From contig OX597815.1 of NCBI GenBank assembly GCA_951406725.2, positions 39,308,001 to 39,372,000 on the forward strand: a stretch of 64,000 bases of DNA, in the 5' to 3' direction. Shown piece by piece: positions 27,180-39,023 of this stretch. Every line of letters starts with the position of its first letter. Position 1 is the stretch's first letter. The DNA is from Octopus vulgaris (lineage: Eukaryota). The translations under genes and the position numbers were made by a program. The notes below the pieces were generated by a model. That model was given only the letters and a program-made list of their open reading frames with translations. It did no database searches and was not told the DNA's origin.

Positions 27180-27439
27180 AGGCGTAGGAGTGGGTGTGTG
27201 GTACGTAGCTTGCTTACTAACCACATGGTTCCGGGTTCAGTCCTACGGCGTGACACGTTGGCCAAGTTTCTTCTACTATAGCCTCGGGCCGACCAAAGCC
27301 TTGTGAGTGGATTTGGTAGATGGAAACAGAAAGAAGACCGTCGTATATATATATATATATATAAAACAATATAATAAATAAATATATGCATATATACATA
27401 CATATATGTACATACTTACATCCATATGTATATATACAA

Positions 27440-27504
<65 letters not shown>

Positions 27505-28460
27505 TACAGGACACCACAAATAAACGTAGAACACAACGAGAAACGAAAACATAAAATCAAACAAGGAAACGGACTTTTTTAACAACGAAAAAACAGAGTA
27601 CAGGACAAACAATACAACGAAAATTCCCCTTCATCAGCTGCCCCTGGTTCGACTCAATGCGTGTTTCGAAGGTAAGGGCAGAACAGGGCCAGGCCGAGGC
27701 AATCCTTCCTGCAAAAAGAATTAAATAAAATTCTTTTGCAGAGAGGTAAAACAAGTGACAAGAACAGGACGTAAAAGCAATACAAATGAAGAAAAAACAG
27801 TAGAAAAAACAGTACAAACAAGGAATAACAGGACAGGGAACCAACAATAAAGGCTTTTTTAGGCCTAGACGGTGGAAAATTTAGTTAGAACGCATGTGAA
27901 AAATCGGCTTTCCGGCGTCACAGGGATTCAAAAGTTAAAAATTAAGATTTTTATGCAAGCTTGAATTTATTAAATTATGGCTTGCACGGCAAGGTTCGGC
28001 GAATTTATTTGCACACCCGCACGTTTGTTTGTTAGTTACATTCGTAACTGATAAAATATAAAAATATAGGAATATTTATAGAATTTTGAAAAGTTGTGAA
28101 GAGTCCTGAGGATTGGTGTTGCAGTTAAGACATGTTTCTGAAAAAGACTGAGGGTCTCGGGAACGTTAAACGCACTTCATGAAATACGTGTAGAAGAGAA
28201 ATTTGGAACTGAAATAGTAAGTTTTAAAATAAAATTCTATGATATGGTGTGATGTATACTAGGATTTGATGAATTGCTTGGGGACTTCTATCTCTAAATG
28301 ACATATATGTGTGTGTGTGTGTTTGTCCCTCCCAACATCGCTTGACAACCAATGCTGGTGTGTTTTGCGGTTCGGCAAAAGAGACCGATATGATAAGTAC
28401 TAGGCTTACAAAAAATAAGTCCTGGGGTCGATTTAATCGACTAAAGGCGGTGCTCCAGCA
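27180..28460 (+). mobile_element. SINE family B split by an ~800-bp unclassified insert
   Basis: 5' half 27180-27345, (TA)n, insert 27500-28300, 3' half 28315-28460. Confidence 0.75.
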
Positions 28461-29876
28461 AAATTGATGAGTGTTTCATGTACATCTGGACTGTGACCAG
28501 TATATCCACGAAAAAGGAAGTTATTAAATATAGACCTATCTCCTATTCTGGGTAATATTTCTCAGCTGGAAATCAGAGTTGGATACTTGTTAAAATGTTC
28601 TTGGTGATTTGCAACGAATCAGCTTAGGGTAAAGTTCAGTCCCAAAAGACTATGTGTATCTTGGCGAAAGGGAAACTACATCCAATATAAATAAAATATA
28701 TAAATTAACTAAATTCAAACCCAAGAATACATCGACGTGTAGAATAAGGAATAACCAAGGAATGAAGGTAAAATATTAAGAAAGGTATAGCTTATATCAG
28801 TGTGAATGTGTGTTGCTTTTTCACCCCTTGACAAAAATGAGTGCAAATTTGGTTCGATGTTTAAGAAGTATACATCGCACCCATGTAGCTTGATCTTACA
28901 GCACGGTACTTCGAGAAAGGGCTTTCTACCGTAGCTTCGTGTTAACCGATACTTTGAGAGTGAAATTTGATAGATTGAACCAGTGCCGAAACTTAACCAT
29001 GCGTGTGTGTGTTTATGTGTTTATGTGTGTGTGTGTGCGTGTGTGTGTGCGTGCGCACGCATCTCGGATATTCTCAGTTAAAAAGAAGACAGGAAAAATA
29101 TGGCTCAATTAAGTAGTCGATGCATAGTAAAGATGTCGAGTTTGTATCTTCATGATTATTTTACTCTTTTCAATAAATGTATTTTTGACTTAATATTTGA
29201 CTTTTTTTTCACATGACAAGAACTGTTAAAAAAAGAAGAAACAAAGTTCCATCTTGAAGTTTATTTAACAAAACGATATGTACTACAAGTTGAACTTCAG
29301 AAAAGTCTGGCAAAATTCTACTGGTTTTTGATTGGCTAAAATCTTCGGTTGGTTAAAATTTCTGATTGACTAAAAAGCAAAGGTAATGAAACCGTGAAAG
29401 CAATATGTCAGTCGTAGAATGGAATCGCTACACTTATCACTTCTGCTTAAAATAGCGAAGACTATGTGTATCTTGGCGAAAGGAAAACTGCATCCTCTGC
29501 TTACCGATTGTATTTGTAAATTGCGTATTTATTAGCTGGTGACTTCTTAACCAAGTGCACCGATAATTCTCAGTATAAGCGGGAATTTATTATCAAGGTA
29601 GAGAATCTGCAGATTTCGAAGCAGTGGCTCGTTGAATACCTTCCATCGCAGAGACTTCGAATGAAAATGTTCACATTTATAAAGCAATTGACCCCAATGA
29701 CTTTTATATGATTATTTTTTTATTTGTTCTGTCCCACATACCTATATCAGGGCTATTATGTCTGCATTAAACAGAAGTCTTGATAGAAATGTTTTCCCGA
29801 TATTCCTCACGCTGATATACATGAATTCATTAAGAAGGGTATTATCTATATTTATCCAAGAGCATACTAGCCTCTT

Positions 29877-30087
29877 AAAAGTGTCAAGATATTACTTCCC
29901 ATTACGGTTCAATGTTGTTAACACAGTATCAAATGCTATCTGTACAGATAGCATTTGATACTATGTTAGCTACATTGACCTGTTATCTTGGCACTTCACA
30001 CTATATCAAATGCTATCTGCACAGATAGCATTTGATACCGTGTTAGCAACATTGAACCGTAATGGAAAGTAATATCTTGACACTTTT
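29877..30087. repeat. Nested palindrome / foldback element
   Basis: Outer ~67-bp inverted arms; perfect 36-bp palindrome at 29926-29961; near-copy at 30004-30037. Confidence 0.9.
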
Positions 30088-30103
30088 GTGTAGCTGCTGA
30101 TTA

Positions 30104-30947
30104 CAGAAATCCCTCGACTATCGCACGTATTACGTTCTAAAACCCACCGTGATAAGTGAAAATCCGCGAAGTAGAAACAGTACTGTACTGTATATTTTTT
30201 TCAATCTTTTATAAACTCTCCCCACACTCTTAGGAGTACTCGTAACTTCACTTTTTTTGCCAGTGAGGAACATAGTGATGGGCAGTTGCTGGTGCTGTCT
30301 TTTCATCTGTGTAAGGAATTTTTTATAAACTTCCATGGCTCCGTCGATTGCATTCCTGAACTGCAACGCGCGAATCATCTGGGGGTCCCAATCTTCCGCC
30401 ATTCTCTGAAGTTCTTTTGGTGGCCTACATCTGCACACCTTCTCCCTTACTTAAGCATGTCGAGGAGTCTCACCTTCTCTGCTATAGTAAGCATCTTCCT
30501 CTGGCACTTGGGTTCATTGCCAGAAGCCTTAGAAGGTCTAGAACGTTTCGGCGATATTGTAGGGCTTGAAATAAATTCACAATCTTACACACAAAGCTAA
30601 AACAATACCACACACTCGTCCTAGTTTCGTTTTCCATACGGTATGTGCGGTTTCTTGTTTACTCATCTATGGTACACTACGTATTTTCTTTTAATATATT
30701 TTATTTGACGTATTATACAGTGCAGTACTGTACTGTATTTTTATTTATTAATTTATCAAATTTTAGGTATGAAAATGCTCATTTTACCACAAAAATAATT
30801 GAAATCTAAAGAAATATAAATACCTATCACCCGCAGAAACTCGCGATATACTGAGGAGTCCGCGATATAAATTTACATGTTAGCCAGAAAAATCCGCGAT
30901 GTACTGAGGGCGCGATAAGTGTACCGCGATATGGCGAGTGATTACTG
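30104..30947 (-). mobile_element. Internally deleted pogo/Tigger transposon
   Basis: TA|CAGAAATCCCTCG ... CGAGTGATTACTG|TA; minus strand PKCQRKMLTIAEKVRLLDML (CENP-B-type N-terminus) joined to C-terminal WDPQMIRALQF...KRQHQQLPITMF. Confidence 0.85.
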
Positions 30948-31194
30948 TATATGTGCTATATTTTACACGTGACTGGAATTTTAGGTCATATTCTAGAGGG
31001 TTTAAAGGTTTAATTGTCTTTTTTTTATCTCTTTTAATCATTAGATATTTCGTAGTAATTTCCTAGTCTTGAATTCTACGAGCATGACCTTACAATGTAA
31101 CATGATGTAACGGTCATGAGCCCAAGGGAAGCGACACTTCAGTACTAGCACCATCAAGTTTACGTGAAACATATCTACGCATAAAACAATATTC

Positions 31195-31992
31195 TTTTTT
31201 TCTCTAGGCACAAGGCTTGAAATTTTTGGGGAGGGTGCCAGTCGATTAGATCAACCCCAGTACGCAACTGGTACTTAATTTATCGACTCCGACAGGATGA
31301 GAGACAAAGTGGACCTCGGCGAAATTTGAACTCAGAACGTAAAGACAGACGAAATACCGCTAAGCATTTCGCCCGGCGTACAAACGTTACTTATTTCTTT
31401 ATTGCCCACAAGAGGCTAAACCTAGAGGGGACAAACAAGGACAGACAAAGGAGTTAAGTCGATTACATCGACTCCAATGCGTAACTGGTACTTAATTTAT
31501 CGACCCCGAAAGGATGAAAGGCAAAGTCGACCTCGGTGGAATTTGAACTCACAACGGAGCGGCAGACGAAATACCTATTTCTTTACTACCCACAAGGGGC
31601 TAAACACAGAGAGAACAAACAAGGACAGACAAACGGATTAAGTCGATTATATCGACCTCAGTGCGTAACTGATACTTATTTAATCGACTCCGAAAGGATG
31701 AAAGGCAAAGTCGACCTCGGCGGAATTTAAACTCAGAACGTAGCGGCTGACGAAATACCTATTTCTTTATTACCCACAAGGGGCTAAACATAGAGGGGAC
31801 AAACAAGGACAGACATAGATATTAAGTCGTCTACATCGACCCCAGTGCGTAACTGGTACTTAATTTATCGACCCCGAAAGGATGAAATGCAAAGTCGACC
31901 TCGGCGAAATTTGAACTCACAACGTTGCGACAGACGATATACCGCTTAGCATTTCGCCCGGCGCGCTAACGTTTCTGCCAGCTTCGCCGCTT
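31195..31992 (-). mobile_element. Head-to-tail array of four SINE A units
   Basis: CGAAAGGATGAAAGGCAAAGTCGACCTCGG-like block recurs four times; junctions at ~31390, 31575 and 31759. Confidence 0.9.
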
Positions 31993-32269
31993 TCAAACAA
32001 TATTTTTTCTCTTCCAGGTCTTTGTTGGGGCATGCATGTATTTATCATGTATGTATTTATCTTACATATTAAGTCGTTTTACACACACATGCACACACAC
32101 ACATGCATACATACTAACATACATACACGCATACATATATATATAAAAGAAGAAAAAGAAAATGGAGACTGGAAAGTTAATAATTGTTTATTATTAACAG
32201 CGAATTAATCATCTTTACCTACAGCTGTTTCAGCTAATACTCCGTAAATATTAAGTAAATATTAAATTT

Positions 32270-32409
32270 ATATACATTATTTACATTTGACGGATATTTG
32301 TCCTCATCTTGTTTGTTAACACGTTTCGGCCGATATACCCTCCAGCCTTCATCAGTTGTCTTGGGGAAATTTCGAACCTGGGTTCTCATTCCTAAGGTAT
32401 TTTTCGATG

Positions 32410-32466
<57 letters not shown>

Positions 32467-32540
32467 GGGTCACTGCCAGGAATGGGACTCGGAACTTTGG
32501 GGTTTGTAGCCCGCGCTCTTAACCACTACGCCATATGCCC

Positions 32541-32610
<70 letters not shown>

Positions 32611-32614
32611 TTAA

Positions 32615-32708
<94 letters not shown>

Positions 32709-32715
32709 AATAATA

Positions 32716-32785
<70 letters not shown>

Positions 32786-32993
32786 TGATGATGATAATGA
32801 TAATAATAACATCGAAAAATACCTTAGGAATGAGAACCCAGGTTTGAAATTTCCCCAAGACACCTGATGAAGGCTGGAGGGTATGTCAGCCGATACGTTG
32901 TGTTAACAACAAACAAGATGAGGACAAATATCCGTCAAATGTAAATAATGTAAATAATGTACATAATTCCTCATCTCTTAAATGTATAACTGT
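32270..32993. mobile_element. Hammerhead-bearing element, locus 1: two inverted arms, tRNA-like head and AAT/ATT tracts
   Basis: Arm 32270-32410 (-) is the reverse complement of arm 32808-32950 (+); tRNA-like segment at 32467-32540 (-). Confidence 0.8.
32467..32540 (-). promoter_or_regulatory. tRNA-derived Pol III head of the hammerhead element
   Basis: GGGCATATGGCGTAGTGGTTAAGAGCGCGGGCTACAAACCCC... has A box TGGCGTAGTGG; the homologous 36630-36670 copy has B box GAGTTCGATTCC. Acceptor stem does not pair, so it is not a functional tRNA. Confidence 0.7.
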
Positions 32994-33914
32994 AAAAAAG
33001 GTCAGTTTGCAACTGTTCTCCTAACGACGTTCAGAAGTATTAAACGTCAAGTTGTTCATTTACTAAACACTCGACAGTCCTGATATTTGTATGAATCTTT
33101 GTTACTATAACTTATTAAAAGCTTCAGTGGCACCCATCACCATCATAGCAGCTGGCATAGACGACAAATGGTTCTCCTTAAATTCTAAAATCTATGATGC
33201 TGCTCCCCAATCATCATCATTGTTCGACCGTGGTCGAGACAATGGAATTTACTTGTAAATTCCATAGTCTTTTCAAATGGCTAATAATGTGTGCGCGCGC
33301 CACTGCTACACACATTGGAAAGCATTGTTCAACCAAGTACTAAAGAAGATCTTTCCTCTTCCATGAAACAAAGCTGTTCCCGCTGGACGTCAGCCCAGTA
33401 TTTCTAAGCTACGGACCGAGTGATTTATTGTAAGGTTATCTCCCTAGATAGATTGCCTTCACTACGGCTAAGGAGCCCTTTCTACCCCAAACTATCGGAT
33501 TTAGACTGGCTAGATGAGAATTTCAGCGCAATCAACAGACTTCTGAATGATAGACACGGAGTTCACAGAATAACCATAGACAATTCCTTATCACACACTC
33601 TAGCAATAGCGAGCTTTTCCGAATCAGGTTCAGTCCAATATTCGTAGACTGAAAATCAATAATGGATTGCAACAGCTTGATAGATCCAAATGAATGCATG
33701 ACATATGCCTGTTTTCAGGGATGCAAAAGATGGAAACTGAATGGACCTGGAAATATTGTTTCAATGTACCAGTCAAGTGAGCAGACGACACTTCTCTATT
33801 TAAAAAAAAATCAGTCAACAATAGTTTAAACTAGTTTAGAAGCGGGTTAAAGAGAAGAACGCAGACATATATACACACGCACGCGCATACACAAACACAC
33901 ACACACGTAATATC

Positions 33915-33976
<62 letters not shown>

Positions 33977-34072
33977 ACTTATAAATAAGGGCAAACGAAA
34001 AAATTTCTAATGCCAAATATGCCGAAATTGAACATATTGTCCATAACAATATAATTTTTCACAATATAAATT

Positions 34073-34165
<93 letters not shown>

Positions 34166-34171
34166 GTATAT

Positions 34172-34502
34172 GGTGGTGACCCCCTTCGGTCAGACACTGA
34201 CCATGGGTTTGCACCTAGAGAGTTACCCTCTGAGGCACAAGTCTGGGCAAGGTTGTTTTATGGAAGACCAGCAGTCGCCCATGCATCCCGGCCTCCCCTC
34301 TCCACGTCACCGTGTCGTCCAAGGGAAATGCAAGGGCCGATACAGCTTGGCACCTGTGACGTCGCAACAGCTGAGTGAACTGGAGCAACGTGAAATAAAG
34401 TGTCTTGCTCAAGAACACAACACGCACCCCGGTCCGGGATTCGAGCTCACAACCTCACGATCGTAAGCTCGACGCTCTAATCACTGAGCCACGTGCCTTC
34501 AC
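34172..34502 (-). mobile_element. SINE family C (tRNA head, V-domain-like segment)
   Basis: A box TGGCTCAGTGA, B box GAGCTCGAATCCC, then GTTGTGTTCTTGAGCAAGACACTT; inserted in TATG repeats. Confidence 0.75.
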
Positions 34503-35015
34503 TGTATGTATATAGACATATATTTTTTATTGTTTTACTTGTTTCAGTCATGTGACTGTGGCCATCATTTTATTTCATTACATATTATTTTATTTTATTT
34601 TATTTATTTATTTTTTTATTTTTTTATTTTTTATTTATTATTATAAAACACGAAAATAACAGTAAACGAAAGGAAGAGCAAAGTTTTTGCCCTCAAAACA
34701 TTCTTAATTTGCATAGCAATTTGGTTCTATAACAAACAAAATTGCACTCCTGTCGTAAGCAATGACCCTCATCCCATAGCAGACAGCCTATTCTCCGTAC
34801 AAACAGAAAGACAACACCAATCAAACTCCAAACATATTTTCTGCCCACATTCTTTACATAGTCTACACAGTATCATGTATCTAGGCGGAATGCCACCAAT
34901 GTGGTGCCCACAAATGCTTACAAAGAGAGAAAAATGATCAACTTTAGTTTTGAAAACTATAACAAACTCTATAGTTTGTCTTTACAAACATTTCAGTGTT
35001 ACAGCTTACCTCTGC

Positions 35016-35016
<1 letters not shown>

Positions 35017-35046
<30 letters not shown>

Positions 35047-35407
35047 TTCTTCTTCTTCTTCTTCTTCTTCTTCTTCTTCTTCTTCTTCTTCTTCTTCATT
35101 CTTCTTCTTCTTCTTCTTCTTCTTCTTCATTCTTCTTCTTCTTCACCTTCTTCTACTTCTTCGTCTTCTTTTTCTTCTTCTTCTTCTTCTTCTTCTTCTT
35201 CTTCTTCTTCATTCTTCTTCTTCTTCTTCTTCTTCTTCTTCTTCTTCTTCTTCTTCTTCTTCTTCTTCTTCTTCTTCTCTTTCTTCTTCTTCTTCTTCCT
35301 CCTTCACCTCCTTCTTCTTCCTCATTCTTCTTCTTCTTCTTCTTCTTCTACTTCTTCTTCTTCTTCTTCTTCTTCTCCTCCTCCTCCTCCTCCTCCTCCT
35401 CCTCCTC
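35017..35407. repeat. (CTT)n/(CCT)n microsatellite, ~390 bp
   Basis: Directly visible. Confidence 0.97.
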
Positions 35408-35904
35408 AAGAAGAAACTGTAGAACATTTCATATTATTTAATCCCGTCCCTTAAATATTCAGATTTCAAACCCCGCCGAGGGTCAATCTGGCTTTTTTCA
35501 TTCCTCGGGGCTTGTATATAATAAGAGGCATGCATTAGGATTGATTCAGTTCTTTCTCGCCAGCAGTATTGTCCTGGACCCACAGACTACTAAACACTGA
35601 CTCACTACAACCCAGTAGCTCAGTCCACCTAGCTGTTTACTTGAACTAGATAGTTTGACAGATCACGGTCATAAATCACCGTGGCGCTGTATGATTCATG
35701 TCATTCATTAGCTTGTAATCTTGTTGAGTTACCTCCTTTAATGGGCATAGCGGAGAAAGGAGGAGAAAGAGGAAGAGAGAGAAAGAGAGAGAGTGAGAGA
35801 GAGAGAGAAAGGGAAAGACGGACAGACAGACAGACAGACATACAGAGATGAACTGGTTCTAGTTGTTTTCATTCACAAAATATGCATTTTTAAAAAGAAA
35901 GTAA

Positions 35905-36109
35905 GGCGATGCTCCGGTATATGTACACACGTGACTTTGTTTACATTTCTGAAGATAACAGAAACCCTTTTCTCCCACCCCTAACCCTAACCCTAACCCT
36001 AACACAAACCCTAACCCTAATACAACCCCTAACCCTAAACTTAAACCCTTTTTTGAAATGTATCCGATACTTCCGGTACTTACACCGGTACATATACCGA
36101 AGGTTCACC
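35905..36109. mobile_element. Second MITE family with GG termini, 8-bp TSD and (CCCTAA)n core
   Basis: TIRs GGCGATGCTCCGGTATATGTAC / GTACATATACCGAAGGTTCACC; TSD GAAAGTAA on both sides. Confidence 0.75.
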
Positions 36110-36396
36110 GAAAGTAAAAAGAATCTGAAAATTGGCTATAATAATGTAGTCTTCCAGTTTCATTGCTATGAAGGTATGATGTAGTAAAGAAAAACTGGAG
36201 GAAAGAGTCACAGAGGTTTAAATATCGGAAAAAACTCTGTATTTTTAGCCAATAGCGAGACAGAAATTTTCTGCGGTCAACGGTGCGGTGTCAACTTGAA
36301 GTTTGTACCCTGTGAAATTTATAGTTTAGCGTCTGTAATATGACTTGTTCACTGTAGGTTTCTAAATAAACAGAAATACCGAATAAAATCAACATA

Positions 36397-36861
36397 TATC
36401 ATCTTACTGTTCAATATTTAAGAGATGAGGAATTATAAACATTATTATACATTATTTACATTTGACTGATATTTGTCTTCATCTTGTTTGTTGTTAACAC
36501 AACGTTTCGGCCGATATACCCTCCAGCCTTCATCAGGTGTCTTGGGGAAATTTCGAACTTGGGTTCTCATTCCCAAGGTATTTTTCAATGTTATTATTAT
36601 TGTTGTTGTTGTTGTTGTTGTTGTTGTTCAGGTCACTGCCTGGAATCGAACTCGGAATCTTGGAGGTTAGTGACCTGAATAATAATAACATAGAAAAATA
36701 CCTTAGGAATGGGAACCAGGTTCGAAATTTCCCCAAGACACCTAATGAAGGCTGGAGGGTATATCGGTCGAAACGTTGTGTTAACAACAAACAAGATGAG
36801 GACAAATATCCGCCAAATGTAAATAATGTAAATAATGTAAATAATGTATCATCTTACTGTT
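36397..36861. mobile_element. Hammerhead-bearing element, locus 2: inverted arms with flanking direct repeat
   Basis: Minus arm 36410-36670 and plus arm 36669-36848; TATCATCTTACTGTT at 36397-36411 and 36847-36861. Confidence 0.85.
36496..36541 (-). ncRNA. Minimal type I hammerhead ribozyme motif, intact core
   Basis: GACAC-CUGAUGA-A-GGCUG-gaggguauau-CGGCC-GAAAC-GUU-GUGUU: stem I GACAC/GUGUU, stem II GGCUG/CGGCC, palindromic AACGUU in place of stem III. Variant copies at 32318-32360, 32859-32904, 36737-36782 and 40100-40146. Confidence 0.75.
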
Positions 36862-38020
36862 TCTTTTCATTGATTGTATGTTTTTTTATGTTTTTTTTTA
36901 GTTTGTTATATTAATATATTTGTTTGCATGTGTTTACTTTATGCGTATTTCAGTATTATGTATACTTGTTATGTATTTGTGTACATCATAAATATATAAG
37001 TGCATGTGGATGTATGTATTCATATATAAGTTTATATGTAGATTTATGCATTCATGAGTGTGTGTGAAGGGAGCGTCTGTCTCCCAAACTCCAAAGTTTA
37101 GTAACGTTTTCATGCCTGATTTGTAAACTACGATAAGAATAAAACTGATCAACAAAGCTATTTGTCCCAAGGAAAAGAATACCTTATCCTATGCGTTTTT
37201 GCATGTAGAATTCAAGAATAATGTCAAATTATCTGTACCCCCACGGTTTCTCTGTTCCACGATATCCCTCTCAGTTCCAGTTACGTGGGCTAAATTTCAG
37301 TTAGGCTGTTGAAATGTGAAGCTAACGGTTTAAGAAATACTCCTAATTGAAATTTTTATTGACATAATTAACCTTGTGAAATCATAAATCCAGCTATCTG
37401 AGCCAATGAGTTCCAAAAATATATGAAATGAAAAATATGTAAAAATACTAACATACAGAAAAAGCACAGAAAAATACTAACACACAGAAGCACAGAGAAA
37501 TATGTCATATTCTAACACAGAAAATTTAAAACAAATCACGCAGGTGAAAATAATCTCGTGATGTGAAGAATCAAGTGTGAAAAATCAACATAGACAACAG
37601 CACCACAGACAACAGTGAATCATAATACAGCGTGCGGTTGTCATGGTAATAAACTGCTAATGTCAGGCTATCTGATGGTTGGCTAAAATTACCCAAATTT
37701 CCCAACTTTAATTCCAAATAACATTAGGTTCTTTAATTTACGAGATAAAGTAATTGGTTGATCGATACACCAAAATTGAAAGCAATCTGAGCAGAATTAA
37801 AGGGGTCTCATTTTACGAATGAAAAAGACTAGATCCGATGAATTACCCCATGCTACCTGCAACTTAAAAGATATTGAAAGCCTTCATCGGAGACTTCTAT
37901 TTCATGTTACGATTAGACACAGGAGTAGTGAGAGTGAAGGGGAAAGAGAAGGAGTTAATGAGAGAGAGAGAGAGAGAGAGAGAAGAATATAAAAAGAGAA
38001 GAAGGAAAAATAGTGCAGAA

Positions 38021-38611
38021 TGTAGGAAATGGAATCACAAATGTTGAACAGCAGTCAAAGAGAGACACTCGACGAGAACGCTAGCAAATTAGCTTTATAC
38101 ACTGATAACACGTAAAGGAGGCTGCTATTTTCACAGCGGATCCAAGGTAGATGAAGGTGTGCTTTCAATGGTTCTGTAGTGATCCCTGGCGGTCAAGCAG
38201 GAAAGCAAAACGAAAAAGGGATCTAACGAGAGTAATCTCCCTCGACCTTCTCGAAAATTCTCGAACATTTTAGAAGCTTCCAATTAACTTCCAGATGACG
38301 TGGAAGTCAGGGACTTCCGGTTCATCCCTTATATAAAGGAACACATTTCTAATTTCGCGCCACTCTTGCCTGTCGGTTCCCAGACATGCTCTGAATTGCG
38401 CAACTCGCATACACACCCGCACGCGTGGATGATCGCGTTATTTGCTTTGAGACATGTGGTTGCAAAATATGTTCATGTGATGTTACAAGCTTTTCGTTCA
38501 ATTAACCTTATATGTTAACGCATTACATCCAGTAATAAATATGTTATGACTTATTACGAACGTCTTACAAATTCATGTTTTCTTGTCGTTTACGTACAAG
38601 ATGGTGACCCC
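38021..38611 (+). mobile_element. Gypsy-type LTR with PBS remnant
   Basis: TGTAG...GTACA (38021-38598), TATATAAA at 38330, AATAAA ~38534, then TGGTGACCCC (38602-38611), which matches the complement of a tRNA-Trp 3' end. Confidence 0.6.
38247..38281. promoter_or_regulatory. Heat-shock element array
   Basis: cTTCtcGAAaaTTCtcGAAcaTTTtaGAAgcTTCc: seven alternating nGAAn units with one mismatch, ~50 bp upstream of a TATA box. Confidence 0.65.
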
Positions 38612-38640
38612 TCTTTCTCGCATGCAATTATAAAAATTGT

Positions 38641-39023
38641 GGAAGCACTCCGTCGGTTACGACGACGAGGGTTCCGGTTGATCCGAATCAACGGAACAGC
38701 CTGCTCGTGAAATTAACGTGTAAGTGGCTGAGCACTCCACAGACACGTGTACCCTTAACGTAGTTCTCGGAGATATTCAGCGTGACACAGAGAGTGACAA
38801 GGCCGGCCCTTTGAAATACAGGTACAACAGAAACAGGAAGTAAGAGTGAGAGAAAGTTGTGGTGAAAGAGTGCAGCAGGGATCACCACCATCCCTGCCGG
38901 AGCCTCGTGGAGCTTTAGGTATTTTCGCTCAATAAACACTCACAACGCCCGGTCTGGGAATCGAAACCGCGATCCTATGACCGCGAGTCCGCTACCCTAA
39001 CCACTGGGCCATTGCACCTCCAC
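38641..39023 (-). mobile_element. SINE family D (tRNA-Arg-like head), full-length
   Basis: A box TGGCCCAGTGG, loop GAC-TCG-CGGTC, B box GTTTCGATTCC; 13-bp TSD TT(A/G)TAAAAATTGT. Confidence 0.85.

Noticed and set aside
29534-29710. ~58-codon open frame after an AG
   Set aside because: No recognisable homology or partner exon; length compatible with chance.
31195-31992. Regularly spaced repeats resembling a CRISPR array
   Set aside because: Whole ~184-bp units repeat, there are no unique spacers or cas genes, and the context is eukaryotic SINE sequence.
32467-32540. Possible tRNA gene (also SINE heads at 7272, 34430-34502 and 38950-39023)
   Set aside because: Acceptor stems do not pair and each head is fused to a repeat body.
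32234-32867. Poly-I/L/N ORFs (likewise 34.9-35.5, 43.4-43.7, 55.3-56.0 and 60.5-61.4 kb)
   Set aside because: Trinucleotide repeats lacking stops; no coding signal.
35977-36048. Relic telomere or chromosome-fusion site
   Set aside because: Repeats lie inside a TIR element with an 8-bp TSD.
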